Shown here one piece after another: positions 1-9,871 of a stretch of DNA of 24,000 bases. The notes beneath the pieces were generated by a model. That model was given only the letters and a program-made list of their open reading frames with translations. It was not told where the DNA came from and did no database searches. The stretch is from Gilvimarinus xylanilyticus (GTDB lineage: Bacteria; Pseudomonadota; Gammaproteobacteria; Pseudomonadales; Cellvibrionaceae). Positions within the stretch are counted from its first letter, which is position 1. Each line of letters opens with the position of its first letter. A program made the translations under genes and the position numbers. Location: NCBI RefSeq assembly GCF_024195295.1, contig NZ_JAMFTH010000003.1, forward strand, positions 326,783 through 350,782, given 5' to 3'.

Positions 1-2
1 GT

Positions 3-260
3 GTATTACTGGCAGGGTTACTACTCGCCTCAGGCGCGGTAGCTGATGAAGCCAAAACCGACGTGAACGACAGCCTTATCCTGGCCGCCGCCGAGCGTTC
101 GGAAAACATCCGCTTTGAAATCGATACCCCGGATAACACCGCGGCGATTAAAGTGGTTGATCTGGAAATGACTGCTAAGTCTGACGAACTGGCCGACAAA
201 ATCAGCGACAAGCTGAACGCCAAGTTTGAAGAAGATATGAAGCGTCAACTGGGGCTGTAA
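3..260 (+). CDS. hypothetical small secreted protein, 5' end cut by window edge
   Basis: Frame 3 is open from nt 3 to TAA 258-260. Residues upstream of the track's GTG-63 read VLLAGLLLASGAVA/DEAKTD, which is the hydrophobic core and Ala-x-Ala end of a signal peptide, so the true start lies outside the window. No family recognised. Confidence 0.45.
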   Translation, partial: VLLAGLLLASGAVADEAKTDVNDSLILAAAERSENIRFEIDTPDNTAAIKVVDLEMTAKSDELADKISDKLNAKFEEDMKRQLGL

Positions 261-456
261 GCCTCGGTCCTAGCGTGTGAGAAGATTCCCAAAGGAAGGT
301 GTGGCCACTGACACTTTTCCCAGGGATATTCCCACAAGCTGTTTCCAACTACGGGGTTAATCGACCCAGTTCACATATTTCATTTACGCTTATTCAAGCG
401 ATATTTGCGCGGCTACACTTTGTTAAGGATGACCCAATACACAGGGAGAGACCTTA

Positions 457-732
457 GTGAGCGCCAAGCAAATATTTTCACCTGCCGGCATTTATCGGCT
501 CCAGCAACTCGCCAACCTAATGTACCGGCACACAGGCGTGCGCCATCGTTTATCGTCAAGTGACAATCAACTCGCCCTTTTACGAGCGGGCTTTTCCGCG
601 CCCGAGCGAGATATTCAAGCCTGCTGTAGGCACCTGCTAGAAACTCTGACGCCGCAACAGCGAACTTGGCTTGCCAACGAGGGGGTAACCCCAGACAGCC
701 TATCCTCCCTTCGAAGCCGCGAGACAGGCTGA
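457..732 (+). CDS. hypothetical protein (91 aa), doubtful
   Basis: GTG start preceded by GGGAGAG about 7 nt upstream. No recognisable motif. The 3' end overlaps the znuA 3' end by 33 nt in convergent orientation. Confidence 0.3.
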   Translation: MSAKQIFSPAGIYRLQQLANLMYRHTGVRHRLSSSDNQLALLRAGFSAPERDIQACCRHLLETLTPQQRTWLANEGVTPDSLSSLRSRETG

Positions 733-1635
733 GAACGATTGCCCTAAGCGCATGAGTAACTCAGCGTAGGTATTCGCTCGCTCATTGGCGGCTAAAGGGT
801 CCAGCTCGGCGCTGCGCAAGTCCAGCTTGTGCGCCAAATCCCGCGCAGCCCGGGTGTCGGCATAGGGCTCGGTAAACAAGCACACAGCCTCGGCGCCCAA
901 ATGCTGTTGCAGGTGGTATAGGTGTCGCGCACCGGGCGTTTGCTCGGGGGTCAAGCTGACAAAATCCACCTGATTTAAGCCAAAATGGTCGACAAAGTGT
1001 CGGTATCCGTCGTGATAGACTGCAAAACCTTGATCTTTCACCTTGCTTAACATGTTTTCTAACTCGGCGTCCAACAGGTCAATCTGGGCGGCGAACGCCT
1101 CCACCCGTCGCCGATAATCGACGGCGTTGGCGGGGCGCAACTCGGCCAGGCGCTCGCCCAAAGCCCGTGCCACCACCACCGCGTTACGCGGATTCAACCA
1201 CAGGTGCATATCCGCCCCATCGCCGTGGTGGTGATGATCGTGATCGTGGTCGTGACTCGCGCCGGCCTCGGGCCACTCCAGCCCAGCCAACTCGGACAGG
1301 GTCAGCAGCTTTTGTGCCTGACTTTGCAAGGGCTTGCGCAAAAAGGTTTCCAGCTCGGGCCCCACCCATAGCAAAAGGTCGGCATCGTCCAGCAAACGGC
1401 GGTCTGACATCCGCAAATTGTAGGCGTGGGGCGAAACGCCGGGAGGCAATAAGGTCACCACTTGGTCGTCCTCAGCGGTGATTTCTCTGGCGATTAACGC
1501 CAGAGGCTTGATGCTGGTCACCAGCTCAAGCGGCTGGGCATAGACCTGAGAGGACATGGCCGTTGCGGCCAGCAATACCAACGCGCGCCAAGCGGCGACT
1601 ATTCGGGGAAACAAAGGAGATAACATAGTGATCAC
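700..1635 (-). CDS. znuA: zinc ABC transporter periplasmic substrate-binding protein ZnuA
   Basis: Signal peptide (...LLAATAMSSQVYA/QP). His/Asp-rich loop SHDHDHDHHHHGDGADMH typical of ZnuA. Divergent from zur-znuCB across a Zur box. Start is GTG 1635 or ATG 1626; neither has a clear SD. Confidence 0.93.
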   Translation of the reverse strand: MITMLSPLFPRIVAAWRALVLLAATAMSSQVYAQPLELVTSIKPLALIAREITAEDDQVVTLLPPGVSPHAYNLRMSDRRLLDDADLLLWVGPELETFLRKPLQSQAQKLLTLSELAGLEWPEAGASHDHDHDHHHHGDGADMHLWLNPRNAVVVARALGERLAELRPANAVDYRRRVEAFAAQIDLLDAELENMLSKVKDQGFAVYHDGYRHFVDHFGLNQVDFVSLTPEQTPGARHLYHLQQHLGAEAVCLFTEPYADTRAARDLAHKLDLRSAELDPLAANERANTYAELLMRLGQSFSACLAASKGG

Positions 1636-1654
1636 GGCGGACTGAACAAAGATA

Positions 1655-1667
1655 GTTATATTATAAC
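1655..1667. promoter_or_regulatory. Zur box core (GTTATA-T-TATAAC) in the znuA / zur-znuCB divergent promoter region
   Basis: Perfect 13-nt palindrome gttatattataac inside the 53-bp intergenic gap 1636-1688. It matches the core of the gammaproteobacterial Zur-box consensus GAAATGTTATANTATAACATTTC as I recall it. A TATACT -10-like hexamer lies at 1676-1681. Confidence 0.75.
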
Positions 1668-1688
1668 ATATTCGTTATACTATTATTT

Positions 1689-2189
1689 ATGACTGATAAA
1701 GAACCCCTCGCTTTCACCCGCCACAACCACAGCCATTGCGTCAGCGATGCGCTGCAGGCCGCCGTTGCTATATGTACCGAGCGGGGGGCGCGCCTAACCG
1801 CTATTCGCCAGCAGGTGCTGGAGCTTATCTGGCAAAGTCATAAGCCTCTGGGCGCCTATGCGCTGCTAGACCAGCTGGCCGAGAAGTCCACCAAACCCGT
1901 GGCACCACCCACGGTTTACCGGGCGCTGGATTTTCTGCTGGAGCAAAAGCTGATTCACCGCATTGCGGCGATTAACGCGTTTATTGGCTGCCCGCATCCG
2001 GATCACAACCACGCCAGTCACTTTTTTCTCTGCGATGACTGCGGCCGGGCCGAGGAAATTCACTCTAAATCGGTCAGCAACAGCATCAAAAAAGCCGCCA
2101 CCGAGGCGGGTTTTGCGGTTCAGTCCCAATCGCTAGAGGTTTTTGGGTTATGCCCCGATTGCCGAACCCAGGACGGCCATGATTCCTGA
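1689..2189 (+). CDS. zur: zinc uptake regulator Zur (Fur family)
   Basis: 166 aa with a winged-helix N-terminal half, HPDHNHASH, and two CxxC pairs (CDDC, CPDC). Located first in a zur-znuC-znuB arrangement as in Pseudomonas. Confidence 0.9.
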   Translation: MTDKEPLAFTRHNHSHCVSDALQAAVAICTERGARLTAIRQQVLELIWQSHKPLGAYALLDQLAEKSTKPVAPPTVYRALDFLLEQKLIHRIAAINAFIGCPHPDHNHASHFFLCDDCGRAEEIHSKSVSNSIKKAATEAGFAVQSQSLEVFGLCPDCRTQDGHDS

Positions 2190-2943
2190 TACCGCCGAAT
2201 TACTGGTACAGGCGCAGCACCTGAGTGTCGAGCGCGGTGGCCGCACCCTGTTAGACAGCGCCGACCTGGCGGTTCACGCCGGTGAAATTGTCACTTTAAT
2301 CGGCCCCAACGGCGCGGGTAAAACCACCTTGGTGCGGACCATACTGCAGCTAATGCAGCACAACCGGGGCAAACTCTACCGTAAGCCCGGCTTGCGCATC
2401 GGCTATATGCCGCAAAAGCTGCACATCGATCCCAGCTTGCCCCTAACCGTCGAACGCTTCTTAACCCTGGGCGGCGCAACCAAAGCACAGGCCCACAAGG
2501 CACTGGAACGCACCGGCGCCGAGCACCTGCTCAAACAGCCATTGCAATCGCTATCCGGCGGTGAAACCCAGCGAGTACTGCTGGCCCGCGCCCTGCTGCA
2601 ACAGCCCGAGCTGCTGGTGTTGGACGAGCCGGTGCAGGGAGTAGACGTCGCCGGACAAGCCGCCCTGTACGCGCTGATCAATGAGCTGCGCCATGAATTA
2701 GGTTGCGGCGTGTTATTAATTTCCCACGATTTACACCTGGTAATGGCCAATACCGATACCGTGGTCTGCCTTAACGGCCATGTGTGCTGTCAGGGCCACC
2801 CGTCGCAAGTCACCGCCGACCCGGCCTATCTGGAATTATTCGGCCACCGCGCCGAAGCGCAGATTGCCCTGTATACCCACCATCATGACCACGCTCACGA
2901 CCAGTGCGGTGAAATTGATCCGGAGCACTCCCACCATGCCTGA
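2179..2943 (+). CDS. znuC: zinc ABC transporter ATPase ZnuC
   Basis: Walker A GPNGAGKT, signature LSGGETQR, Walker B LLVLDEP, H-loop ISHDL, and a His-rich C-terminus HHHDHAHD...HSHHA. Start moved from the track's 2143 to ATG 2179 (MIPDTAELL...), which overlaps the zur stop by 11 nt. Confidence 0.93.
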   Translation: MIPDTAELLVQAQHLSVERGGRTLLDSADLAVHAGEIVTLIGPNGAGKTTLVRTILQLMQHNRGKLYRKPGLRIGYMPQKLHIDPSLPLTVERFLTLGGATKAQAHKALERTGAEHLLKQPLQSLSGGETQRVLLARALLQQPELLVLDEPVQGVDVAGQAALYALINELRHELGCGVLLISHDLHLVMANTDTVVCLNGHVCCQGHPSQVTADPAYLELFGHRAEAQIALYTHHHDHAHDQCGEIDPEHSHHA

Positions 2944-3724
2944 GTTTTTGCTCCTGGCCCTGGCGGCAGGCTTGGGTGTGGCGCTCATTGCCGGGCCCTT
3001 GGGGTGTTTCGCCGTATGGCGCCGCATGGCCTATTTTGGCGATACCATGGCCCACTCGGCGCTCTTGGGGGTTACCTTTGGTTTAATACTCGAAGTCAAC
3101 CTAAACGCCGCCGTAGCCGTGGGGTGTTTGCTACTGGCCCTCGCCCTGGTGGCCCTGCAGCGCAGCCGCCAGTTGGCCACCGATACCCTGCTGGGCATTC
3201 TCTCGCACTCCACCCTGGCACTGGGTTTGGTTGCCATTAGTGTGATTAGCCCTGGGCGCATTAATTTAATGGGCTATTTATTTGGTGATATTCTCGCCAC
3301 CACCGGCGCCGATGTGATTACCATCTGGCTGGTGGCGGCGTTTGTAATGGCCGCGCTCATCTGGCTGTGGAAACCTCTGCTGGCAATCACCGTGCACGAG
3401 GATTTAGCGCGCGTAGAGGGCGTACATGTCAGTGCCGTGCGCACCGCACTGATGCTGTTAATGGCCTTGGTAATTGCCATCGCCATGAAAGTCGTGGGTG
3501 TTTTATTAATTACCGCTCTGCTGATTATTCCCGCCGCCGCTGCCCGACGCTTAAGTCACACCCCCGAACAAATGGCCGTCACCGCCAGTGCAATAGGCGC
3601 AAGCTCGGTCATCGGCGGGCTGGCCGCCTCGTTTATCTGGGACTGGCCCGCCGGCCCCGCCATCGTCCTCGCCGCCGCGGCGGGTTTTGTTCTTTCGCTG
3701 GCCCTCTCCACACTGCGCCGCTGA
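2936..3724 (+). CDS. znuB: zinc ABC transporter permease ZnuB
   Basis: Polytopic hydrophobic protein of the ABC-3 permease type. Start moved from 2780 to ATG 2936 ([12 protein letters not shown]...), overlapping the znuC stop by 8 nt (ATGCCTGA), which implies translational coupling. Confidence 0.93.
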   Translation: MPEFLLLALAAGLGVALIAGPLGCFAVWRRMAYFGDTMAHSALLGVTFGLILEVNLNAAVAVGCLLLALALVALQRSRQLATDTLLGILSHSTLALGLVAISVISPGRINLMGYLFGDILATTGADVITIWLVAAFVMAALIWLWKPLLAITVHEDLARVEGVHVSAVRTALMLLMALVIAIAMKVVGVLLITALLIIPAAAARRLSHTPEQMAVTASAIGASSVIGGLAASFIWDWPAGPAIVLAAAAGFVLSLALSTLRR

Positions 3725-3760
3725 TGAAATCGATATCGGTGCCAGTAGTAAAGGTTAGCT

Positions 3761-3801
3761 GAAACGTCTGACGTCAGTCTTCCGACATCAGACAGCGTTT
3801 C
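3761..3801 (+). terminator. imperfect long hairpin downstream of znuB (possible terminator)
   Basis: gaaacgtctga (3761-3771) pairs with tcagac-agc-gtttc (3788-3801) with a 3-nt bulge, followed by atttcc. The U-tract is weak. Confidence 0.3.
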
Positions 3802-3922
3802 ATTTCCACTCCCCCTCCGCCATTACCCAACCTAACAATGTCACCAAACCTTCACCATTTTGTTGTCTCACTGTCATAGCTTGTGCGCAGTATTTGGCCA
3901 ACGCAACGCTGAGGCCGCAGCC

Positions 3923-4783
3923 ATGACAACACCAACTGCTCCCGAGTCTTTTTCTTCTGCCACACCCAAACCCGCCGCCCCCCAAAGCGCAACAACCAGC
4001 CCCCTGATCAAAGGTCGCACCGTGTGGATATCCGATATTCACCTGGGCTCGCGCGATTGCAAAGCCGAGTATCTGCTCAAGTTTCTCGACAACATCAGTT
4101 GCGATACCTTGTATCTGGTGGGCGATATTATCGACATGTGGGCAATGAAGAAAAAATTTCGCTGGCCACAACAGCACTATAACGTGATGCTTAAGCTGTA
4201 CGAGCTAGCAAACAACGGCACGCGGATAATCTATGTGCCGGGCAATCACGATGAACCTATGCGTCGCTTTACCGGCAATTTATTTGGCCCGATTGAAATT
4301 ATTGAAGAACACGAATACACCTGCGCCGACGGCAAGCGTTACTTAATCATGCACGGCGACGCTATGGACGCTTATATTAATTTATCCCACCTGACCCGGT
4401 TTGTGGGGGATATCGGCTACGGGCTTTTATTGTTTATCAATCGCTGGGCCAACCGCTGGCGCAAGCTAATGCGTCGCCCCTACTTTTCTCTGGCAGGGAT
4501 GATTAAGAATAATATTAAAGGCGCCAAGCACGCCATAGAAACCTACCAAAAAGAAGCAACCGACGAAGCACGCCGACGCGGTTTTGACGGCGTTATCTGC
4601 GGCCATATCCACTACCCGGATATGTGTGAAGAAAACGGTATTCGCTACTGCAACACCGGCGACTGGATTGAAAACTGCACTGCCATCGTGGAAGACTTTT
4701 CGGGGGAAATGCGGCTTTTGCACTACAGTGATCAGGTGCAATGGCAAGAGGCGACTGACAACAAAGTCGCCCAGGCAGCATAA
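3923..4783 (+). CDS. LpxH-family (UDP-2,3-diacylglucosamine hydrolase-like) calcineurin-type metallophosphoesterase
   Basis: Motifs ISDIHLG, VGDIIDMW, GNHDE, MHGD and GHIH appear in the canonical order. Start moved to ATG 3923, preceded by GAGG 3911-3914. At about 286 aa with a Pro/Thr/Ala-rich N-terminus it is longer than genuine LpxH, so I call it a paralog. Confidence 0.75.
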   Translation: MTTPTAPESFSSATPKPAAPQSATTSPLIKGRTVWISDIHLGSRDCKAEYLLKFLDNISCDTLYLVGDIIDMWAMKKKFRWPQQHYNVMLKLYELANNGTRIIYVPGNHDEPMRRFTGNLFGPIEIIEEHEYTCADGKRYLIMHGDAMDAYINLSHLTRFVGDIGYGLLLFINRWANRWRKLMRRPYFSLAGMIKNNIKGAKHAIETYQKEATDEARRRGFDGVICGHIHYPDMCEENGIRYCNTGDWIENCTAIVEDFSGEMRLLHYSDQVQWQEATDNKVAQAA

Positions 4784-4791
4784 CTGTAAAG

Positions 4792-5400
4792 TTACTGCGG
4801 ACGCTTAAATTTTTCTCGCGCACGCTCGACTTTATCGCGTACAGCACATTCGTATACATGATCATTCACCAGGCCCATCGCCTGCATAAACGCAAAAGCG
4901 GTGGTGGGGCCGACGAATTTCCAGCCGCGCTTTTTTAGCTCTTTGGCTAGAGCTTTAGACTCTTCGGTAGTGGTCAGCGTTTGCGGTGCAGCGACACCTT
5001 TTCGGGCGGGCTCAAAGCGCCAAAAAAAGGCCGCCAGAGAGCCACACTCAGCCACCAACTCTTGCGCCCGGCGAGCATTATTAATAACCGCTTCTATTTT
5101 TCCCCGATGTCGAACAATACCCTCATCCGCCAACAGGCGCTCAATATCCCTTTCATCAAATTCCGCGACTTTATTAAAATCAAACCCGGCAAAAGCAAGG
5201 CGAAAATTCTCGCGTTTTGCCAAAATGGTGCGCCAGCTTAAACCGGACTGAAAGCTCTCCAGGCACACCTTTTCAAACAGACGAATATCATTGTCTACCG
5301 GATAGCCCCATTCGTTATCGTGATAGGGAAAAAACTCATCCACGCTACCACACCAACCGCAGCGAGGCTTGCCGTCCGGACCTTTGACTGTGGTATTCAT
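4792..5400 (-). CDS. tag: DNA-3-methyladenine glycosylase I
   Basis: CGWCG...YHDNEWGYP...ESFQSGLSWRTIL matches the Tag zinc-snap and HhH glycosylase motifs over the full length. Confidence 0.93.
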   Translation of the reverse strand: MNTTVKGPDGKPRCGWCGSVDEFFPYHDNEWGYPVDNDIRLFEKVCLESFQSGLSWRTILAKRENFRLAFAGFDFNKVAEFDERDIERLLADEGIVRHRGKIEAVINNARRAQELVAECGSLAAFFWRFEPARKGVAAPQTLTTTEESKALAKELKKRGWKFVGPTTAFAFMQAMGLVNDHVYECAVRDKVERAREKFKRPQ

Positions 5401-5570
5401 ACTTAATCATCCTATGGTTATTGCGAGATGGTTACTTTACTCCGAGCGATAGCAATTCGCACTCATCGAGGGTTAACCTCCGATTACGGTACAATATTAC
5501 CCCATCAACAAAACAATCGGGCCTAGCACCTTTAAATGAATAGGCTCAAGAAAAACTCTCTGGAGCACCC

Positions 5571-6116
5571 ATGACCACCGAACAAGACAAGATGCTCGCC
5601 GGCGAGCATTACTGGATTAACGACCCCGAACTGACGGAAATACGATTTCAAACCCGCGAGCTAGTGGATCAGTTCAATCTCACCCAACCCCGCGACGCCG
5701 GACATAAAAACGCCCTGCAACAGCGTATTTTTGGCGCTGTCGGGGACAATGTGCACATCGAAAAGCCCATGCGCATCGACTACGGCCGCAACACCACCAT
5801 CGGCAGTAATGTGTTTATCAACTTTAACTTCACACTGTTGGATTGTTGCCCGGTTACGATTGGCGACAATGTCTTTATCGCCCCCAATGTACAAATTTAT
5901 ACCGCCAGCCATCCGATGGATATCGAGCAGCGCAACGCCCATATTGGCTTTGCCGCGCCGGTCACCATCGGCAACAATGTCTGGATCGGTGGTGGCTGTA
6001 TTATTCTGTCAGGCGTCACCATCGGCGACGGCGCGGTGATTGGTGCTGGCAGTGTCGTTACCCGAGATATTCCGGCCAATGTCACCGCGTTTGGCAACCC
6101 CTGCAAGGTGCGCTAA
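5571..6116 (+). CDS. maa: maltose/galactoside O-acetyltransferase (hexapeptide-repeat, Maa/LacA family)
   Basis: N-terminal Mac-type segment (MLAGEHYWINDPEL...), followed by left-handed beta-helix hexapeptide repeats (IGDNVFIAPNV, IGNNVWIGGGCIIL, IGDGAVIGAGSVV). Confidence 0.85.
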   Translation: MTTEQDKMLAGEHYWINDPELTEIRFQTRELVDQFNLTQPRDAGHKNALQQRIFGAVGDNVHIEKPMRIDYGRNTTIGSNVFINFNFTLLDCCPVTIGDNVFIAPNVQIYTASHPMDIEQRNAHIGFAAPVTIGNNVWIGGGCIILSGVTIGDGAVIGAGSVVTRDIPANVTAFGNPCKVR

Positions 6117-6811
6117 TCCATCTTTTGCTCGGTGCCCCGATCTTCTTGCTCGCTATCTTGTTCCGGGCTAAAGCGCTCCTGTACCCAGCGGCGCACGTCT
6201 TTGCGCTTGCGCCGCGAGGTTAACTGTTCGGTGTAAATACTGTGGGCCTGTAATGTAGTGGCGTTCCTAGCCTGACGAATGCGAAACTCCCGCCGGGCGC
6301 CGATTAAATGCTGACTCGGCCCATGGGTAACGGCAACACATAGTTCTAATTTTCGTCCATCCAGGGCAGCGCGCGCACCGGAGTGATCGCCACCGACTTC
6401 GGGATGACAACTGAAAATATCGTTAAAACTGCCCAACACCAGATAGCCACCGGGCTGAATTGGGCCCTCGCGCAAGCCCTCTCCGGCCTGGGAATCTTCG
6501 GGAGAGTGGCGTTGGTAATCCGTAATAAAGCAAGAGCGCAAACCATCCTCCGTGTCGAGATACGCGACAATGCTTTGTACATGAATCGGCTCTTTGCTCA
6601 TATTTACAAATAAGCAGGGCGCTTCGGGGCCGTCGCCCTGGGCCTGGTGGATGATCATAAACGGGCGGTTTGAACGGCGGTAACTAAAATAGAAAAACTG
6701 CAAATAAATCAGCCAGATAGCAGTCATAATAAGATTGCTTCCGGCGTTAATCCAACTGGTGTCCAAGGGCTGTTCCTCCGCGTAGCGAACTTTTAACGAG
6801 GGCCTAACCAT
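6113..6811 (-). CDS. hypothetical membrane-anchored protein (orphan)
   Basis: Long ORF with one N-terminal hydrophobic helix ([16 protein letters not shown]) and a highly charged C-terminal tail. No family recognised. Start is ambiguous among TTG 6844, ATG 6811 and ATG 6727, none with a strong SD. Confidence 0.4.
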   Translation of the reverse strand: MVRPSLKVRYAEEQPLDTSWINAGSNLIMTAIWLIYLQFFYFSYRRSNRPFMIIHQAQGDGPEAPCLFVNMSKEPIHVQSIVAYLDTEDGLRSCFITDYQRHSPEDSQAGEGLREGPIQPGGYLVLGSFNDIFSCHPEVGGDHSGARAALDGRKLELCVAVTHGPSQHLIGARREFRIRQARNATTLQAHSIYTEQLTSRRKRKDVRRWVQERFSPEQDSEQEDRGTEQKMD

Positions 6812-6908
6812 ACAAAAATTGATCCACCCACCCCGCTCGGGCAAGCTAACAAAGACTCACGAAAATGCTATAGTGGTCACAATGACAATAACCATTGCAG
6901 GACCCGTT

Positions 6909-9092
6909 ATGATCCGATTTCTTGTCCGAGTGTGTATTTCCCTCACCCTATTCGGTGCCCTGGCCGCCCAGGCCGAGGACGGCTACCGTATGTGGCTGCG
7001 CTACCAGCCAACCGCTGACACCCAGTTGCGCTCGCAGTACCAGCAGCAATTTACCAATATTGTTCAACCGGGCGACTCGCCCACCTTGCAGCTGGCCGCT
7101 CGCGAACTGGCCACAGGTTTGCGCGGCATTACCGGTCAAGAGATAGCCACCCCAGACACACCTACCACCGGCAGCGTTGTTTTCGGCACACCCGAAAGCT
7201 CAGCCGTTATCAAATCTCTCGAATTAAACGACCAGCTTAATGCCCTAGGCGATGAGGGGTTTGTGATTGCGCGCCGCGAATATCGTGGCAAACCCATCAC
7301 CGCTATCGCCGCCAATTCGGATGTGGGGGTGCTCTACGGCAGCTTTCACCTATTGCGCTTACTGCAAACCCAAACTCCCGTTGACCAGCTGGCAACCCAA
7401 TCGGCCCCTGCGGTCGAGCACCGGGTGGTCAACCACTGGGACAACTTAAACCGAGTGGTCGAGCGCGGCTATGCCGGCTTGTCGCTGTGGGACTGGGGCA
7501 CTCTGCCCGCCTACAAAGACAATCCGCGCTATAAAGATTACGCGCGCATTAACGCCTCACTCGGCATTAACGGCACCGTCATCAATAACGTCAATGCCGA
7601 TGCGCGCATCCTGACCGATCAGTTCTTGGAAAAAGCTGCCGCCCTGGCCGATGTATTTCGCCCATACGGCATCAAGCTGTATCTGTCGGTGAAATTTAAC
7701 TCGCCCATGCTATTAGACGGTTTTGAAACCGCCGATCCTCTGGACCCCAAAGTACAAAAATGGTGGCAGGAAAGAGTCAAAAAAGTTTACGAGTATATTC
7801 CCGACTTTGGCGGCTTTTTGGTGAAGGCCAACTCCGAAGGCCAACCCGGCCCGCAAGACTTTAACCGCAATCACGCCGACGGCGCCAATATGCTCGCCGA
7901 GGCCCTGGAGCCTTTTGGCGGTGTGGTTTTCTGGCGCGCGTTTGTCTACGCACCCGAACAGGGCGACCGGTTTCGCGAAGCCTACGACGAATTTATGCCT
8001 CTGGACGGCAAGTTCAAAGACAATGTCATTGTGCAAATTAAAAATGGGCCCATCGACTTTCAGCCCCGCGAACCTTTCTCGCCGCTGTTTGGCAGTTTAG
8101 AAAAAACCAATATCGCACTGGAGCTACAAGTCACTCAGGAATACTTTGGTTTCTCCTATCACTTGGCTTACCAAGGCCCGCTTTTTACCGAAGCGCTGAA
8201 CGCCGATACCTATGCTAAAGGCGAAGGCACCACCATCGGTAAAATTTTGGCAGGCGATGTGTTTGACTATAAACACACCGGCATGGCGGCGGTTATCAAT
8301 CCCGGTAACTCACGCAACTGGACCAGCCACCCATTTGTACAAAGCAGCTGGTACGCGTTCGGCCGCCTGGCGTGGGATGTCAATTTAACCTCAAGCGCTA
8401 TCGGCGAAGAATGGCTGCGACAGACATTTAGCAACGATTCAGATTTTATCCAGCCCATGCAAGAGATTATGGCCATCTCCCGCGAGGCCGGGGTAAACTA
8501 CCGCATGCCGCTGGGTTTAACCCACCTGTACGCCCAGGGCCACCACTATGGCCCCGCTCCCTGGCACGACAAATCCGGCCGCCCGGACTGGACTGCTTAC
8601 TACTATCACCAAGCAACCGAAGACGGCATTGGTTTTGATCGCACCCAATCCGGCTCCAATGCTATCGAGCAATACCACGACGAACTAACCAACAAGTTTA
8701 CCGACCCCGACACCACTCCCGAAGACATTCTGCTGTGGTTCCACCACCTGGGTTGGAACTACCAAATGAATTCCGGCCGCAGCCTGTGGCAAGAGCTGGT
8801 ACACAAATACGACACAGGTGTCGCTCAAGTTGAGCAGATGCAAAAAACCTGGGAAAGCGTAAAAGATTATGTCGATGCCGAGCGCTACCAGCGCGTTAAA
8901 GCGCTACTGCAAGTACAACTGCGCGACGCCAAACACTGGCGCGACGCCTGTATCAGCTACTTCCAAAGCGTAAACGGCTTACCACTGCCCAAAGGCTCAC
9001 CCGAGCCCGCGCATGATTTGGAGCACTACAAGCGGATGGAGAAAGAATTGTATGTGCCTGACCCTTGGTATCCAGAGCCGAGTGGGCATTAA
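6909..9092 (+). CDS. aguA: alpha-glucuronidase, glycoside hydrolase family 67
   Basis: About 730 aa with full-length GH67 character ([11 protein letters not shown]-terminus, central TIM-barrel region, C-terminal helical domain). Signal peptide [24 protein letters not shown] when started at ATG 6909. ATG 6882 is an alternative start. Confidence 0.92.
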   Translation: MIRFLVRVCISLTLFGALAAQAEDGYRMWLRYQPTADTQLRSQYQQQFTNIVQPGDSPTLQLAARELATGLRGITGQEIATPDTPTTGSVVFGTPESSAVIKSLELNDQLNALGDEGFVIARREYRGKPITAIAANSDVGVLYGSFHLLRLLQTQTPVDQLATQSAPAVEHRVVNHWDNLNRVVERGYAGLSLWDWGTLPAYKDNPRYKDYARINASLGINGTVINNVNADARILTDQFLEKAAALADVFRPYGIKLYLSVKFNSPMLLDGFETADPLDPKVQKWWQERVKKVYEYIPDFGGFLVKANSEGQPGPQDFNRNHADGANMLAEALEPFGGVVFWRAFVYAPEQGDRFREAYDEFMPLDGKFKDNVIVQIKNGPIDFQPREPFSPLFGSLEKTNIALELQVTQEYFGFSYHLAYQGPLFTEALNADTYAKGEGTTIGKILAGDVFDYKHTGMAAVINPGNSRNWTSHPFVQSSWYAFGRLAWDVNLTSSAIGEEWLRQTFSNDSDFIQPMQEIMAISREAGVNYRMPLGLTHLYAQGHHYGPAPWHDKSGRPDWTAYYYHQATEDGIGFDRTQSGSNAIEQYHDELTNKFTDPDTTPEDILLWFHHLGWNYQMNSGRSLWQELVHKYDTGVAQVEQMQKTWESVKDYVDAERYQRVKALLQVQLRDAKHWRDACISYFQSVNGLPLPKGSPEPAHDLEHYKRMEKELYVPDPWYPEPSGH

Positions 9093-9109
9093 ATGTTTAC
9101 AGTTTGAAA

Positions 9110-9132
9110 AATGGGGCCCCAATGGCCCCATT
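9110..9132 (+). terminator. rho-independent terminator after aguA
   Basis: 9-bp GC-rich stem aatggggcc / ggccccatt with a 5-nt loop (ccaat), starting 18 nt after the aguA stop. It is followed by ctcatttctt and preceded by an A-run. Confidence 0.55.
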
Positions 9133-9295
9133 CTCATTTCTTAAACCTCGACACTTGCACGTACTATTGTGACATCGGAGGGTGACTTAACGTCAATTTA
9201 ATCCAGCGATACCCCAATTCGTGTGCGCGATTATGTACTTAGCGAACCGGGCCGTTGAGCCCGGACGCTTCTAGCAAGCGGGCGGCTGAGTCAGG

Positions 9296-9700
9296 TTACT
9301 TGAGTAAACGCAGGGCAAACGGGCAGCGGAACGGCTCGCCTTTTGAACTTGCAATCGCTCCCATAATGCTGAATATCAAGTTCAGTATCCACAGCAGTGG
9401 GAATAACAGGGCGCCGATTAAAATAACGGTTAACGCCATGGCAATGGCATAGCCTATTAACACGGTAATGCCCCAGTTCAGGGCCTCTTGGGATTGGTCT
9501 TTAACATAGGCATCATCCGCTTTCACCAAGTACAGGATCAAACCGGGAATAAAACCAAAAAAGATTGACCCAATCCAGACCAGTAGCGCCATATTTTTAG
9601 AGTCCTGCGAGGGCTCTGAAAGGGATGTATCCTGTGTATTTTGCGGTGCCTGGGCGGGCTCTTCCTGCTTTCCTGTGGGTGGTGTTTGTTCTTCTGTCAT
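9296..9700 (-). CDS. DUF4870-family small membrane protein
   Basis: Polar N-terminus, then the pattern NMALLVWIGSIFFGFIPGLILYLVK.D..V....EALNW.IT...(TM)...KGEPFRCPFALRLLK, which is characteristic of DUF4870 proteins. Confidence 0.7.
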   Translation of the reverse strand: MTEEQTPPTGKQEEPAQAPQNTQDTSLSEPSQDSKNMALLVWIGSIFFGFIPGLILYLVKADDAYVKDQSQEALNWGITVLIGYAIAMALTVILIGALLFPLLWILNLIFSIMGAIASSKGEPFRCPFALRLLK

Positions 9701-9838
9701 AAATGCTGTCCTTATTCCTTTTACGTTGGCCTAAAGGCGCGAAGAAATCGCTACCTGGGTCAAAGCATCGCAAAGCGGCGAGGGTTAATCAAGTCTGCCC
9801 CATTAGCCCCTTTGCTTTTCGGTAATGACCGACTTGTC

Positions 9839-9844
9839 TATAAT
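9839..9844 (+). promoter_or_regulatory. consensus -10 hexamer TATAAT upstream of the TonB-dependent receptor gene
   Basis: Perfect TATAAT 28 nt upstream of ATG 9872. The -35 is weak (ttttcg with a 17-nt spacer). No Fur or Zur box recognised nearby. Confidence 0.4.
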
Positions 9845-9871
9845 CGCAGAAACACTGAACGGAGCCTCCTT

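Noticed and set aside
1167-1481. Arg/Pro-rich antisense or out-of-frame ORFs inside GC-rich genes (for example 1167-1481, 2403-2750, 3367-3762, 10049-10489, 11366-11719, 17537-17842)
   Set aside because: They lie fully within strongly supported genes and have the low-complexity Arg/Pro/Ala composition typical of off-frame GC-rich DNA. None has an SD or a recognisable motif.
2143-2178. Longer N-termini given by the ORF track (2143, 2780, 3860, 6819, 9641, 17045, 22211, 23573)
   Set aside because: Internal ATGs with an SD, a signal peptide or start/stop coupling give products that begin where the family homology begins. The upstream extensions overlap neighbouring genes or lack any feature.
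9701-9871. Riboswitch (for example cobalamin) or Fur/Zur box upstream of the TonB-dependent receptor
   Set aside because: With TATAAT at 9839-9844 the leader would be only about 20 nt. I recognised no B12 box, Fur box or GTTATA-N-TATAAC. The receptor is therefore not called btuB, znuD or a siderophore receptor.
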